Shown piece by piece: positions 28,070-37,466 of a stretch of 64,000 bases of DNA; within the stretch, counting starts at the first letter, position 1; each line of letters starts with the position of its first letter. The notes below the pieces were generated by a model. The model had not been told where the DNA came from and did not search any database. It worked only from the letters and a program-made list of their open reading frames with translations. The stretch is from Candidatus Hermodarchaeota archaeon (lineage in GTDB: Archaea > Asgardarchaeota > Lokiarchaeia > Sigyniarchaeales > SOKP01). A program made the position numbers and the translations under genes. The stretch is taken from the NCBI GenBank assembly GCA_048885535.1, contig JBHLLO010000001.1, forward strand, positions 3,721 through 67,720, in the 5' to 3' direction.

Positions 28070-28522
28070 ATGGCAATTCTTGAGTGCGGAATAAATCTAG
28101 GAATAAGAAATTTAATCGAAATTCGTTATTATTCTTCCTCAGATAATTTACTCGATCCAAATTTAAGAGCTGGATTTCTTTCCGCCCTTGAATCTTTTAC
28201 TAGTGAGGTTTTTGGAGATGATATTAATGTTATCTCATTAGCCTCATTTAAACTTGTATGTTATTGTGATTTAGTTGCCTTACCTAATGATGAATCAAAT
28301 AAGCAAGCTCTTTTATCATATGCGATTATTGAAAAAGAGACAGATGCTGAACTAGTAAAAAAGCTTCTAGAGAAAATTAATTCACATTTCCTAAATAGAT
28401 ATTCTCTTAATGATATTTTTTCAAAAAATGAAAATTATTTTAAAGTTTTTGTTGATAGAATTAATGAAATTCTTGGAGATTTGAAATTAAAAACAGAAGA
28501 TCGATTTAGATCTATCTTTTAA
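28070..28522 (+). CDS. Longin-like domain protein (tentative)
   Basis: 150 aa. The residue pattern suggests beta-beta-alpha-beta-beta-beta-alpha-alpha order: ILECGINL, NLIEIRYY, DPNLRAGFLSALESFTSEVFG, INVISLASFKLVCYCD, ALLSYAIIEKE, DAELVKKLLEKINSHFLNRY. This is a by-eye inference only. Confidence 0.4.
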   Translation: MAILECGINLGIRNLIEIRYYSSSDNLLDPNLRAGFLSALESFTSEVFGDDINVISLASFKLVCYCDLVALPNDESNKQALLSYAIIEKETDAELVKKLLEKINSHFLNRYSLNDIFSKNENYFKVFVDRINEILGDLKLKTEDRFRSIF

Positions 28523-28590
28523 GTTAATAAGTCCCAAAGATAAGGTAATTGTGGAATTATTAGCACAAATTTTTCGGGTGTTATTGGTTT

Positions 28591-29793
28591 ATGAGCTCAA
28601 ATATCGGACCAGAAGCACAAGCAGCTTATCAGAAATATTTGGATGCTAATACTATAGAGGAGAAGATCAAAAGACTTGAGGAATTTATCTCTTTAGTTCC
28701 CAAACATAAAGCTACTGAAAAAATCGTAGCCCTAAATCGATCTCGTCTCGCCAAATTAAAAAGAGAACAAGAAGAACAAAAAATCAGACAAAAATCAACT
28801 TCTAAATTGATAAGTCCATTTTCAATTAAAAAAGAAGGTATTCAACTAATCTTAATAAGCGATTATTATGCTCCAGGTGTAGGTAAAACATCATTATTAA
28901 ACTTTTTAACGGGAGCAGCAACAGAAAAAGTAGGGAAATTTACTCCTTTACCTGAAATTGGTATTTATGAGTTTGACAAAATCCGATATCAAATTGTTGA
29001 TATGCCTTCAATAATGAAAGGTGCTTCTAATGGAATAGGTAATGGTAAGGAAATACTTTCTCAATTAAGATCATGTGATTTAATATGTTTTTGTATTGAT
29101 CTATCTCGTGATTATGATTCCCAAATACAATTATTATTAACTGAATTAAACAAATCAAATATTCGTATAAATATTTCCCCACCGCCAATAACAATTGAGA
29201 AGACTGGTGCAAATAAAATACAAATATTTTTTCTTACCCCTGAAGCAAAAGAAACTGAAGAATTTGTGGAATTAACAAATAGAATAAAGGAAATTATAAC
29301 TGAGAATGGTATTAGAAACGCTATTGTCAAAGTTTTTGGCGAAATAACTCTTAATCAAGTTGTTGATGCATTGAATCCTTCTGTAGTATACAAAAAAGCA
29401 ATAATTATTGGAACAAAAGGAGATCTACCAGGTACAAGGAAAAAGTTTGAAAAAATGAGGAGATTATATTTGACTCAATTCCCTATAATAATTGGATCCA
29501 GTGTAAATAAAAAGGAATTCCCTGATAATTTTGGAGAAATAATTTTAAAATTTCTGGACAAAATCAAAATTTATACAATGCATAAAGGAGTGATTGCTGA
29601 AAAGCCATTAGTGGTAGATTCTGAGCCAAATATGCCAAAAATAAAAGATATAGCATTAAGAATACATAAAAGCTTCTTTGACCAGTTTGATTACGCAATA
29701 GTTCTTAGGGAGTCAGAACGTCAAAAACGTAAGAAAGTTGGTTTAGATTATGAATTAAAGGACAATGATATTATAGAGTTGTTTACTAAGTAG
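28591..29793 (+). CDS. DRG-family (Obg-like) GTPase with C-terminal TGS domain; divergent G2/G3 motifs
   Basis: 400 aa. DRG N-terminal helix HKATEKIVALNRSRLAKLKRE; G1 APGVGKTSLLNFLTG; RINISPPPITIEKTG; G4 GTKGDL; TGS-like end VGLDYELKDNDIIELF. G2 reads FTPL where DRG has FTTL, and G3 reads DMPS where DRG has DLPG. Confidence 0.8.
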   Translation: MSSNIGPEAQAAYQKYLDANTIEEKIKRLEEFISLVPKHKATEKIVALNRSRLAKLKREQEEQKIRQKSTSKLISPFSIKKEGIQLILISDYYAPGVGKTSLLNFLTGAATEKVGKFTPLPEIGIYEFDKIRYQIVDMPSIMKGASNGIGNGKEILSQLRSCDLICFCIDLSRDYDSQIQLLLTELNKSNIRINISPPPITIEKTGANKIQIFFLTPEAKETEEFVELTNRIKEIITENGIRNAIVKVFGEITLNQVVDALNPSVVYKKAIIIGTKGDLPGTRKKFEKMRRLYLTQFPIIIGSSVNKKEFPDNFGEIILKFLDKIKIYTMHKGVIAEKPLVVDSEPNMPKIKDIALRIHKSFFDQFDYAIVLRESERQKRKKVGLDYELKDNDIIELFTK

Positions 29794-32476
29794 AGAGAGG
29801 ATTTTTTATTTTTTCTATAATATTCGGTATCTCATTTATTTCATCTTTATATATTGAATATACTTCCGGAATTCCATTCAAAATGTTTAGGATGCTCTCA
29901 AATGAATAGATTAAATTTTCTAAATAATCTATTATATCGCCTTTAAAAATCAAAATTTTATAGTCTTCTTCAAAAACTCTACTTATTTCTTCAATTGAGA
30001 GGTTTTCCTTTATCCTGAATGATAATAACATTCTTTCTATACTTTTCCTCCCACACTCACAATAAGGGTTATCTTCACAGCCACAGTTAAAAATATCATT
30101 TACCCATTTTGTTATATACTCAATAAATTCGTTTGAAAATTTCTTTCTTTTTCTCACATAATCAGCATTCATTAAAGATAAGACGCTTGCACTAAAAAAA
30201 TTATTACTGAAATATTTCATATTGATGTTTTTTGATAAATCTGATATTACTTTCTTTGATAAATATACATTCTTCAATGGTTTTAATTCTAGTACTATAT
30301 TTATAATATTTTCAGCTTTTAATTTTAAAATATCAATAATCTCCATGCTTTTCTCAACAGTTAAAAAAGACTTTGAGACTGCACGTCCTAAATTACTGAC
30401 TTTATAACTTGAATTATCATTTAATATAACCAATTTCATTTTTATTAGTTTTCTCAATAATAAGTCTATTTCATAATTAGCATTTATTAACTTTTTATTA
30501 AATTCATAGATATTTCGTATATCTATTCCCTCATTGAACATCGAAATAAATCCAAGTAATTCTGTCACAGATTTATCTTCATCTGGATCCAATTCAAAAT
30601 CTTTTATTTTTCCATTCAATAAATTAATGGCAATATTTTCTTCAGTAATTTTCATTTTAGGTACATAAATTTTTTCAGGTTCAACAAGTAGATATGCATA
30701 ACCGACATCATGTTTTCCTAATCTTCCTGCTCGACCTAACATTTGTTCAAATTCTGCCACTGTCAGCACTTTTATCCCCATTGCTAATGATTCGAAAATT
30801 ACTTGTTTTGCAGGAAAATCTACGCCAGCCGCTAAAGCGGCAGTAGCGACTACCGCTGAAATTTTTTGGTTTTGGAACTCCATCTCGATTAACTTTCTTT
30901 CTTCATTTGTTAACCCTGAGTGGTAAGCTCTTACGCTTATTCCCCTTTTATCGAGGAGGGTTGATAGAGCTTCACATTTTTTTCGTGAATTAGTAAAAAT
31001 GATTGATTGACCTCTGAATCCATAACTTGATTTTTCAAGAAAGGCTGATTGAATTAGCTTGATCATGAATTTTTGTTTTAGGGTTTCGTTTAAACATAGA
31101 ATTAAATGACGTTCAATTGGCACTGGTCTATTATTGTAATTAATTAAAGTCCCACCTAATTTTCTAGCTAAAACTTCTGGAGCTCCAATTGTGGCACTTA
31201 AATATAGGTATTGTACTTCTTTATAATTAACTTTTAATCTAGCTATTAATCCATCTAATAAATATCCTCTATCTATATCTGTTAAAGTTTGAATCTCATC
31301 AACGATTATTGTTCCTATATTGCCTAATGATTCCTTGCTACCATTTCTTAATATATAATCAATAGCTTCGTAGGTTGCAACGATAATGTCCGCATCGACT
31401 AGGTCATCTAAATTAGGGGGTTCATTTTTATCTAAAAGCGATTCTCCTATTTTCTTTACTATTTTTAGATCTAATTCTTTATACTTTTTTTCGAATTCTT
31501 CTGTTCTTACATTTGCTAGAGCTACAATTGGTACTAAATACAACATCTTAAGATTTCTAGTTAGTATTTTTGAAATTCCTGCTACTTCACCGATTAAAGT
31601 TTTACCTGATGATGTAGGCGCCATAATTATTTGATTTTCATCATGACTCAATAATCTTTGATCGATGGAAATTGCTTGAATGGGTAATAGCTTCTCAATT
31701 CCTTGATTTTTCAGTGCACTCTTCAGCTCTTTCGGTATTGAGATTTTATCAATGGAAATATTTAAGTAACGCTCAGAAAGAGGAGGGCTCTTCTCAATAT
31801 CATATAGTGTAACTTCTTTATTTTTCACTGGATTGAAATTTGCTTTAAAAGAATTCAAAACCTTATCAATATTTTTAAATTTTAGAATCATGTGGTTAAA
31901 GAAATTTTTCAGTTTTGGATTTATTCTTTCGGTTGAAATTAATCCAATAATTTTTGCTCGATTTAAGACAATTTCTAAAGCACAATCAGAACATAAAATT
32001 TGATTTTGAAAAGATCTGATTTGGTGATTTTTATTTAAAATATTAAATTCTTTTTTGTCTAAACAGGCTTTGCAAAAAGTTAAATTAATTATTTTGTCTT
32101 CAGGGATTTGGAAACTTTTCAACATTTTGTGAACTTTTAGAAAGTCATTAGGGTTAGTTTGGCTCGAAAAAGCCACAAACTGACTTTTTTCAGAAACAAG
32201 AAACCTTTTAAAAATTTTTGGATCAACGGGTTCTCTATTTCCGTCCCTTAATATCTTTAAGAAAGATAAAGGGCGAAATTTATTTTTAAAGTCTAAACCA
32301 AAAAGTAGGATTCCCTTGAAAAAAGGCTCTTTTACATAAGTTATTGATTGCGTTTTTTTATTGAAAGATTTCAGGTAAAAAAAGTTGATATTAAAACAAT
32401 TTTCTTTTTTGCTTTCTAAATTTTTATCTAATACAATAAAGAATTTTCTTTTAATAACACTCAATAGAATCTTCAC
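29786..32476 (-). CDS. Superfamily-2 helicase, Ski2/Hel308-like, with N-terminal zinc-ribbon extension and C-terminal Cys cluster
   Basis: 896 aa. Motif I MAPTSSGKT, motif II IIVDEIQT, motif III LSAT, motif VI QMLGRAGRLG. WH-like YKVSNLGRAVSKSFL. N-terminal CKAC...CSDC and C-terminal NCGCEDNPYCECG. Confidence 0.8.
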   Translation of the reverse strand: MKILLSVIKRKFFIVLDKNLESKKENCFNINFFYLKSFNKKTQSITYVKEPFFKGILLFGLDFKNKFRPLSFLKILRDGNREPVDPKIFKRFLVSEKSQFVAFSSQTNPNDFLKVHKMLKSFQIPEDKIINLTFCKACLDKKEFNILNKNHQIRSFQNQILCSDCALEIVLNRAKIIGLISTERINPKLKNFFNHMILKFKNIDKVLNSFKANFNPVKNKEVTLYDIEKSPPLSERYLNISIDKISIPKELKSALKNQGIEKLLPIQAISIDQRLLSHDENQIIMAPTSSGKTLIGEVAGISKILTRNLKMLYLVPIVALANVRTEEFEKKYKELDLKIVKKIGESLLDKNEPPNLDDLVDADIIVATYEAIDYILRNGSKESLGNIGTIIVDEIQTLTDIDRGYLLDGLIARLKVNYKEVQYLYLSATIGAPEVLARKLGGTLINYNNRPVPIERHLILCLNETLKQKFMIKLIQSAFLEKSSYGFRGQSIIFTNSRKKCEALSTLLDKRGISVRAYHSGLTNEERKLIEMEFQNQKISAVVATAALAAGVDFPAKQVIFESLAMGIKVLTVAEFEQMLGRAGRLGKHDVGYAYLLVEPEKIYVPKMKITEENIAINLLNGKIKDFELDPDEDKSVTELLGFISMFNEGIDIRNIYEFNKKLINANYEIDLLLRKLIKMKLVILNDNSSYKVSNLGRAVSKSFLTVEKSMEIIDILKLKAENIINIVLELKPLKNVYLSKKVISDLSKNINMKYFSNNFFSASVLSLMNADYVRKRKKFSNEFIEYITKWVNDIFNCGCEDNPYCECGRKSIERMLLSFRIKENLSIEEISRVFEEDYKILIFKGDIIDYLENLIYSFESILNILNGIPEVYSIYKDEINEIPNIIEKIKNPLST

Positions 32477-32626
32477 TTAACTTTTAACTTCAAAAAAAAG
32501 AAATGAAATTAACTAAATCAATTTTTCTGTTAATCCCTTTTGATTGGCATTAATGAATCTAACTTAAAAAGATTAGGTATAAAATAAAATCTTAAGTAAA
32601 ATCAAGAAATGTAAAAGAAATAAAAA

Positions 32627-32788
32627 TTAGAACCCAAAAATTTGTTTAATTTTATCATAGATCTCCTTAATTTGTCTAAGTTTTGTCTCATCCCCTTGGT
32701 TCAGAAAGTGCTCAATCCACTGAGCAAGTCCGTTTGATTCAATCCATTGTTTGAAATATTCAACAGCTTGACGATCTTCAGCAGACAT
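32627..32788 (-). CDS. Small hypothetical ORF (53 aa)
   Basis: Below the ORF-track size cut-off. My translation is MSAEDRQAVEYFKQWIESNGLAQWIEHFLNQGDETKLRQIKEIYDKIKQIFGF*. It has non-low-complexity, helix-like composition and sits in an otherwise empty 426-bp gap. Confidence 0.35.
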   Translation of the reverse strand: MSAEDRQAVEYFKQWIESNGLAQWIEHFLNQGDETKLRQIKEIYDKIKQIFGF

Positions 32789-32902
32789 TTTTTTCCATAC
32801 TTTTTTTTATTTCTATATAAAATTATAAATTATTCTATTTTATATTTTTATAATTTTATTTTACTTAGATAAAATTAATATAAAAACAAAAGTGAAAATT
32901 TA

Positions 32903-33862
32903 ATGCCAGATGTGAGAATTAAAACCCCTAATTTAGATGATATATTTGAAAAATGGAAACAAAGTTCTGTAAGGAAAGATCGAAAAAGAATGGAAAAACA
33001 ATTTGGTACAAAAGGAGCAGTTTTTTCTCTTGATGTCATATCTGCTGCTGAATATGTTAAAGATACAATGAAAGAAGCAGCAATTTATTTTGCTGTTAAA
33101 AAAACTCTTGGACCATCAACTAAAGACAAAGAAGAACATATAGTATTAGCCCCAAAATTAGTTCGAGAATATTTCTATTCATTTAAAGGATCAGAAAAGG
33201 TCAATAAAGATAATTGGAAGGGAGATGAATTGGTACCAACATATGAATCAATTCAACCAGTCTCTTGCAAAAAATGTGGAGGAAAAGGGTATCTTGATGA
33301 AAAATGTAAAACCTGCAATGGTAATGGTAAAATTGAAGAAAATATTGTTGTTTTAATAGGAGAAGACCAGAAAAAAGAGAAGAAACCTTTCTCATATCCT
33401 TGTGGCACTTGTTACGGCACTGGTAGTCGACGAGAATCATGTAAAGAGTGTGGAGGTCATAAAAGTTTATATAAATATGAGAATCTACCTGTTCCTTTTA
33501 AAACATTAATTACGGGGATTCCAATACTTCATAGTAGTGCTCAAACGAGATATGAAAAAGAAATGGGAGAAGATCTTCATAAAATGCTCGAAGATGTTGA
33601 AGGAATTAAATTTAATGATTTCAAAGAATTAGAATCTAAATCAGAAGCTTCTTTGGGTTATTGGAATAAAAATATAAAGAAAACTATTAGTTCCGCTGGA
33701 AGTGACTATAAAACTTACCAGAAGGATAAAGACACTCAAATAACTACGCAAATTTATCTCTTTCCCCTTATTCAAATGTTCTGTGAAACAAAAAAAGGGA
33801 AAAAATTCGAAATCTATAGTCTAGGTTCAGCAAACAAATTCATGATTTATTCGAATTTCTAA
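32903..33862 (+). CDS. Hypothetical protein with DnaJ-type cysteine-rich (CxxCxGxG x4) zinc-finger domain, no J domain
   Basis: 319 aa. CKKCGGKG, CKTCNGNG, CGTCYGTG and CKECGGHK occur in DnaJ CR-domain order and spacing. Confidence 0.6.
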   Translation: MPDVRIKTPNLDDIFEKWKQSSVRKDRKRMEKQFGTKGAVFSLDVISAAEYVKDTMKEAAIYFAVKKTLGPSTKDKEEHIVLAPKLVREYFYSFKGSEKVNKDNWKGDELVPTYESIQPVSCKKCGGKGYLDEKCKTCNGNGKIEENIVVLIGEDQKKEKKPFSYPCGTCYGTGSRRESCKECGGHKSLYKYENLPVPFKTLITGIPILHSSAQTRYEKEMGEDLHKMLEDVEGIKFNDFKELESKSEASLGYWNKNIKKTISSAGSDYKTYQKDKDTQITTQIYLFPLIQMFCETKKGKKFEIYSLGSANKFMIYSNF

Positions 33863-33903
33863 TACTTATTTTTTTCTAATTATATTCATGTTTTAAGCTG
33901 ATA

Positions 33904-36498
33904 TTATTCAATTATATCATAACGATTTAATAATCTGGCAAAGATTTTTATTAACCAAAATAACTTTTTAGGTGCTCTAGAAACCCAATAATTAAAGTTT
34001 GCTGTAAAATCGTTTTCTTTTGAGCGTAACCCATTCAAAAAATTAGGATAATTTAATCCTCCTGTAATTTTTGGGACCTTTCCTAGACTTTTCACACCTC
34101 GCCAGCTGTCTTCGGACTTTCTTCGCCCTAACCATGATTTATCAGTTTTTACTTGAATTAAATTCCCAGATACGGTATTAATTTGACCGTAAATATTAAT
34201 TAATCCAATTCCTCCGATATAATCAGTGTTTTCAACACTAATTACATTCTCTCCCGTTCGTAAAAATTTCTTTATCTCAAGAAGTTGAATGTTATTTTCT
34301 AAGGTAACAAAATTAAGTGAAAATCTTGTAATCACATGACCAACAAATTGATCATTTATATATATTTTAGCATATGTTCCTGCAATAACTTGAATATTAG
34401 CATTGATTACACGATCTTCGATTTCTATAACTTTTTTATAATAAGTTTTATGGGTTTTATGTATCTGTTTAGAATCATAATATATGAATTCACTTGGAAT
34501 ATTGGGATTTACCCATTTACGATTATTTTCAATTTCAGAAATTTTCTCCTTGTAGAATTCTATTAACCAAAGATATCTTTTCTCTATACCTTGAAATCCA
34601 TCTTCTTTTGCGCAATTAAACCATAGAGCTTTGTATTCAGCTAATAAATTCGTTAGATCTTCTATTAAAACATTTATTTCTTCAATATATTGCCCTTTCA
34701 ATTTACTTTTAGCTCTTTCTGAGTAAAAATTAACAAGTTTTTTAGAATTTTTTCTCTTCTGACAATACAATTTCAATTGTTTTGCTATAAAACCAAGATT
34801 TCTAATATTTATTCCATTTTTTAAAACTTTTTTTTCTAAATTTCCACAGATTTCGATAATTGTATTTAAATCTTCGATTAGTTTATCAAATCTTGTAATC
34901 CTAATGTTTCTTTTGTACAATGAACTTTTCTTATTATAGGGATGGCTGAAGAAATGATTATAATAAGAAGAATCTCGAGTATGTAGTTTATTATTGTCCT
35001 GAATTGCTCTTAAAGAGTAAAAAACTTTTTTCAGCTTAGGATCAATTAATCCAAAAAAATGTAAAAATAAACCCTCCCAAAATCTAATCTTATCAACTAT
35101 TTTATCAGGATTCCATCCAACTTCCGCAGAAAATATGAAACCATATATTCGGTTTTCTCTTATTTCTTTATTTTTAAAATCACCCCAACTTGAGGTTACT
35201 TCCCCAATTATGTTCCGATAGTATCCATATTTAATTAAATTCATAATGTTCTCTTCTGATTTTGCAAATGAGGGATATAAGCGATTATAATCCATAATCG
35301 AAGGACTCACAATTATTGGATAGCCAAAAGACTTAATCTCATCTAAAAAGGGATGCTTTTCTTTTGTATTGTATTTCCAATACATAATAATCATATCTTT
35401 CGGTAACCTGAGTAAGACTTTTTTGTATTTATAAAGAATATCGTGATAGATTATTACTTTTTTATATCCATGTTTTTTAACAATATCATATATTCTTTGA
35501 TAATGCTTTAAGTAAGCATTTTCAATTCCAATTTCTTCGATATAAGCGTGTGAAGCATATTTACCAACATCGGAACTCTCGTCAGCAGCTATATGAAAAA
35601 AATCTGTTTTAAAAACTTGAGCTAACTCCCCAATCATCTTATCTAGTAATGTATAAATATCTTCATTGGCGAGATTTAAACTATTTGAACCAGGAAACTC
35701 ACCATAGCTCCAATATTCCTGACGATTTAGAATATTATCCCAATGACCAGTAGTTTGAAATATAGGGATTAATTCAACAAAATGTTTTTCTGCAAATTCG
35801 ACTAATTCTTTTATTTCCTCCTTTGAATAAGCACCTCTTCCTTCTGAAATCTTAGGATGGTCTTGAAACTTGAACATATCTTGCATATAGACCAAATAAT
35901 AATGATTAACCTTAAAATGACTCAATTCTTTTATGAATTTCTTTAAGTTTTCAATTGTTGCAGCTTGACCCCTTGAAATATCATCAGATACACCTCTTAC
36001 TTCTAGTAAAGGAAAATCAATTATTATTACCTCATTTAAAGAATCTCTATTTGGGCTTGAATTAATTAACTGGAGCATAGTTTGAACTCCATAGAAGATA
36101 CCCTGTGGAGAATCTGCTAATATAATTACCCTAGTATCTTCGGATAATATAATATAGCCTTGTTTAATTTTTAGATTGTTATTTAAAATACTTTCAATAT
36201 CAGATTGAGGAAAGGCTTCTACACATTCCTTAATAATTTCATTTTCATCTAGTAAACCTTCTGCTTTCGTTTGCTTCTTAATTTGAATATTATCAATCTT
36301 ATTGAGATTTCTTAGCTCATTGTGAAATTGTTCAATGATAAAATCAAACTCGTCTGGTAAATCAGTTGAGATAATAAGTTGACTATTAAGATTCAATAAT
36401 AAATCGCTTTTTAATTTAAAATATTGAACCTCAGGGAGAAGATATATATCAGTGGATATTTGATTTGTTTTAGTTAAATTTTCTAGATATAAAAACAT
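33904..36498 (-). CDS. Glycoside hydrolase family 20-like (hexosaminidase-like) protein with C-terminal beta-sandwich-like region
   Basis: 864 aa. GH20b-like GYIILSED...[13 protein letters not shown]. Catalytic-domain pattern [12 protein letters not shown]...[23 protein letters not shown] and FFHIAADE (compare HxGGDE). No obvious signal peptide. Confidence 0.55.
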   Translation of the reverse strand: MFLYLENLTKTNQISTDIYLLPEVQYFKLKSDLLLNLNSQLIISTDLPDEFDFIIEQFHNELRNLNKIDNIQIKKQTKAEGLLDENEIIKECVEAFPQSDIESILNNNLKIKQGYIILSEDTRVIILADSPQGIFYGVQTMLQLINSSPNRDSLNEVIIIDFPLLEVRGVSDDISRGQAATIENLKKFIKELSHFKVNHYYLVYMQDMFKFQDHPKISEGRGAYSKEEIKELVEFAEKHFVELIPIFQTTGHWDNILNRQEYWSYGEFPGSNSLNLANEDIYTLLDKMIGELAQVFKTDFFHIAADESSDVGKYASHAYIEEIGIENAYLKHYQRIYDIVKKHGYKKVIIYHDILYKYKKVLLRLPKDMIIMYWKYNTKEKHPFLDEIKSFGYPIIVSPSIMDYNRLYPSFAKSEENIMNLIKYGYYRNIIGEVTSSWGDFKNKEIRENRIYGFIFSAEVGWNPDKIVDKIRFWEGLFLHFFGLIDPKLKKVFYSLRAIQDNNKLHTRDSSYYNHFFSHPYNKKSSLYKRNIRITRFDKLIEDLNTIIEICGNLEKKVLKNGINIRNLGFIAKQLKLYCQKRKNSKKLVNFYSERAKSKLKGQYIEEINVLIEDLTNLLAEYKALWFNCAKEDGFQGIEKRYLWLIEFYKEKISEIENNRKWVNPNIPSEFIYYDSKQIHKTHKTYYKKVIEIEDRVINANIQVIAGTYAKIYINDQFVGHVITRFSLNFVTLENNIQLLEIKKFLRTGENVISVENTDYIGGIGLINIYGQINTVSGNLIQVKTDKSWLGRRKSEDSWRGVKSLGKVPKITGGLNYPNFLNGLRSKENDFTANFNYWVSRAPKKLFWLIKIFARLLNRYDIIE

Positions 36499-36784
36499 AT
36501 TATTAAATCATTTAATACCCTAAAAAAAATTATTTAAAACCAAGAAAACAAAATCTATGAAAGATATTAGAAGATAATTTGGATGAAATCAAATAAAGCC
36601 ATTCTTAATACACGAGATTAGTAGAATCAAAATGTTATTTTAATTTAAGCTGGAAGGTTATTAACTGACTTGCTTAATTCAAAACTCAAGTATTATTCTT
36701 ATAGAGATTTAAATAAAAAACTTGTTAATAAATTTAAGTCTGATAGATGACCATAAGATTTATAAAGTAATAAAAAATATCTAG

Positions 36785-36816
36785 GTTTGAACTTATATAA
36801 GTTTGAACTTATATAA
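36785..36816 (+). promoter_or_regulatory. Perfect tandem duplication of a 16-bp unit containing a TATA-box-like element upstream of the ECF S-component gene
   Basis: gtttgaacttatataa occurs at 36785-36800 and again at 36801-36816, followed by a partial third tttgaaa at 36819-36825. The second TTATATAA ends 21 nt before the ATG at 36837, consistent with a leaderless or near-leaderless archaeal promoter. Confidence 0.45.
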
Positions 36817-36836
36817 AATTTGAAAGGTGTATAAAA

Positions 36837-37466
36837 ATGGAGAATGAGGTTAGAGCACCAGAAAAGAAATACGATACATCATATAAATCACTTAAGGGTT
36901 ATGTTTTGTTTACTAACTCATTGAGTGTTGCCATAGCCGGAATATTTTCTGCTTTTACTTGTGGACTGACACTTCTATTTCCACTTCTTTTTCCGCAAGG
37001 ATTTATTAATATAGGTGATCTAGCAGTCATGATAACTGCAGTACTTTTTGGGCCTATTATTGGATTTGTAGCAGGAGGTATTGGTCCTATGTTAGCGGAT
37101 TTTATATTAGGATATCCCCAAACTGCTCTCTTCACATTTATAATAAAAGCTTGCGAAGGATTTGTAGTAGGATTTATTTCTAACCCAAGAAGAAATTACA
37201 AAAAAATTCATTATCAGGACATAGTTGGATTAATTATTGGAGGTTTGATAATGGTTTTTGGATACTTTTTTGTAGAATTATATATTTTTAGAGATCCCGG
37301 ATGGGCTTTTGGAGAATTACCTCTAAATTTTGGAGTCCAATTTAGTGTAGGAGTTATCGGGACAATACTCTTTATAACAGCTTCACGTAAGAATATTATA
37401 CTTAACTTCCCTAATATATTTGAAAAAATATTCATAATAGAATCTTTGGAAACCAAATCAAAATAA
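36837..37466 (+). CDS. ECF-transporter S-component-like membrane protein (substrate unknown)
   Basis: 209 aa, about 5-6 TM. GDLAVMITAVLFGPIIGFVAGGIGPMLADFILGYPQTALFTFIIKACEGFVVGF is typical of ECF substrate-capture subunits. Confidence 0.5.
   Translation: MENEVRAPEKKYDTSYKSLKGYVLFTNSLSVAIAGIFSAFTCGLTLLFPLLFPQGFINIGDLAVMITAVLFGPIIGFVAGGIGPMLADFILGYPQTALFTFIIKACEGFVVGFISNPRRNYKKIHYQDIVGLIIGGLIMVFGYFFVELYIFRDPGWAFGELPLNFGVQFSVGVIGTILFITASRKNIILNFPNIFEKIFIIESLETKSK

Noticed and set aside
29786-29793. 3'-end overlaps of convergent gene pairs (29786-29793, 37458-37466, 42614-42627)
   Set aside because: Short convergent overlaps are ordinary consequences of genome compaction and AT-rich stop codons. 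They are not evidence of a special mechanism.
36499-36784. Long 5' region of the ECF S-component gene examined for a riboswitch (TPP or preQ1-like)
   Set aside because: I found no CTGAGA / ACCTGATCTGGATAATGCCAGCG-type TPP core and no other conserved riboswitch core. The sequence is AT-rich without convincing GC-paired stems.
36899-37456. Two minus-strand ORFs (78 and 80 aa) inside the ECF S-component gene
   Set aside because: The plus-strand product has coherent TM helices and the family pattern, whereas the antisense translations are P/I/N-rich with no features.
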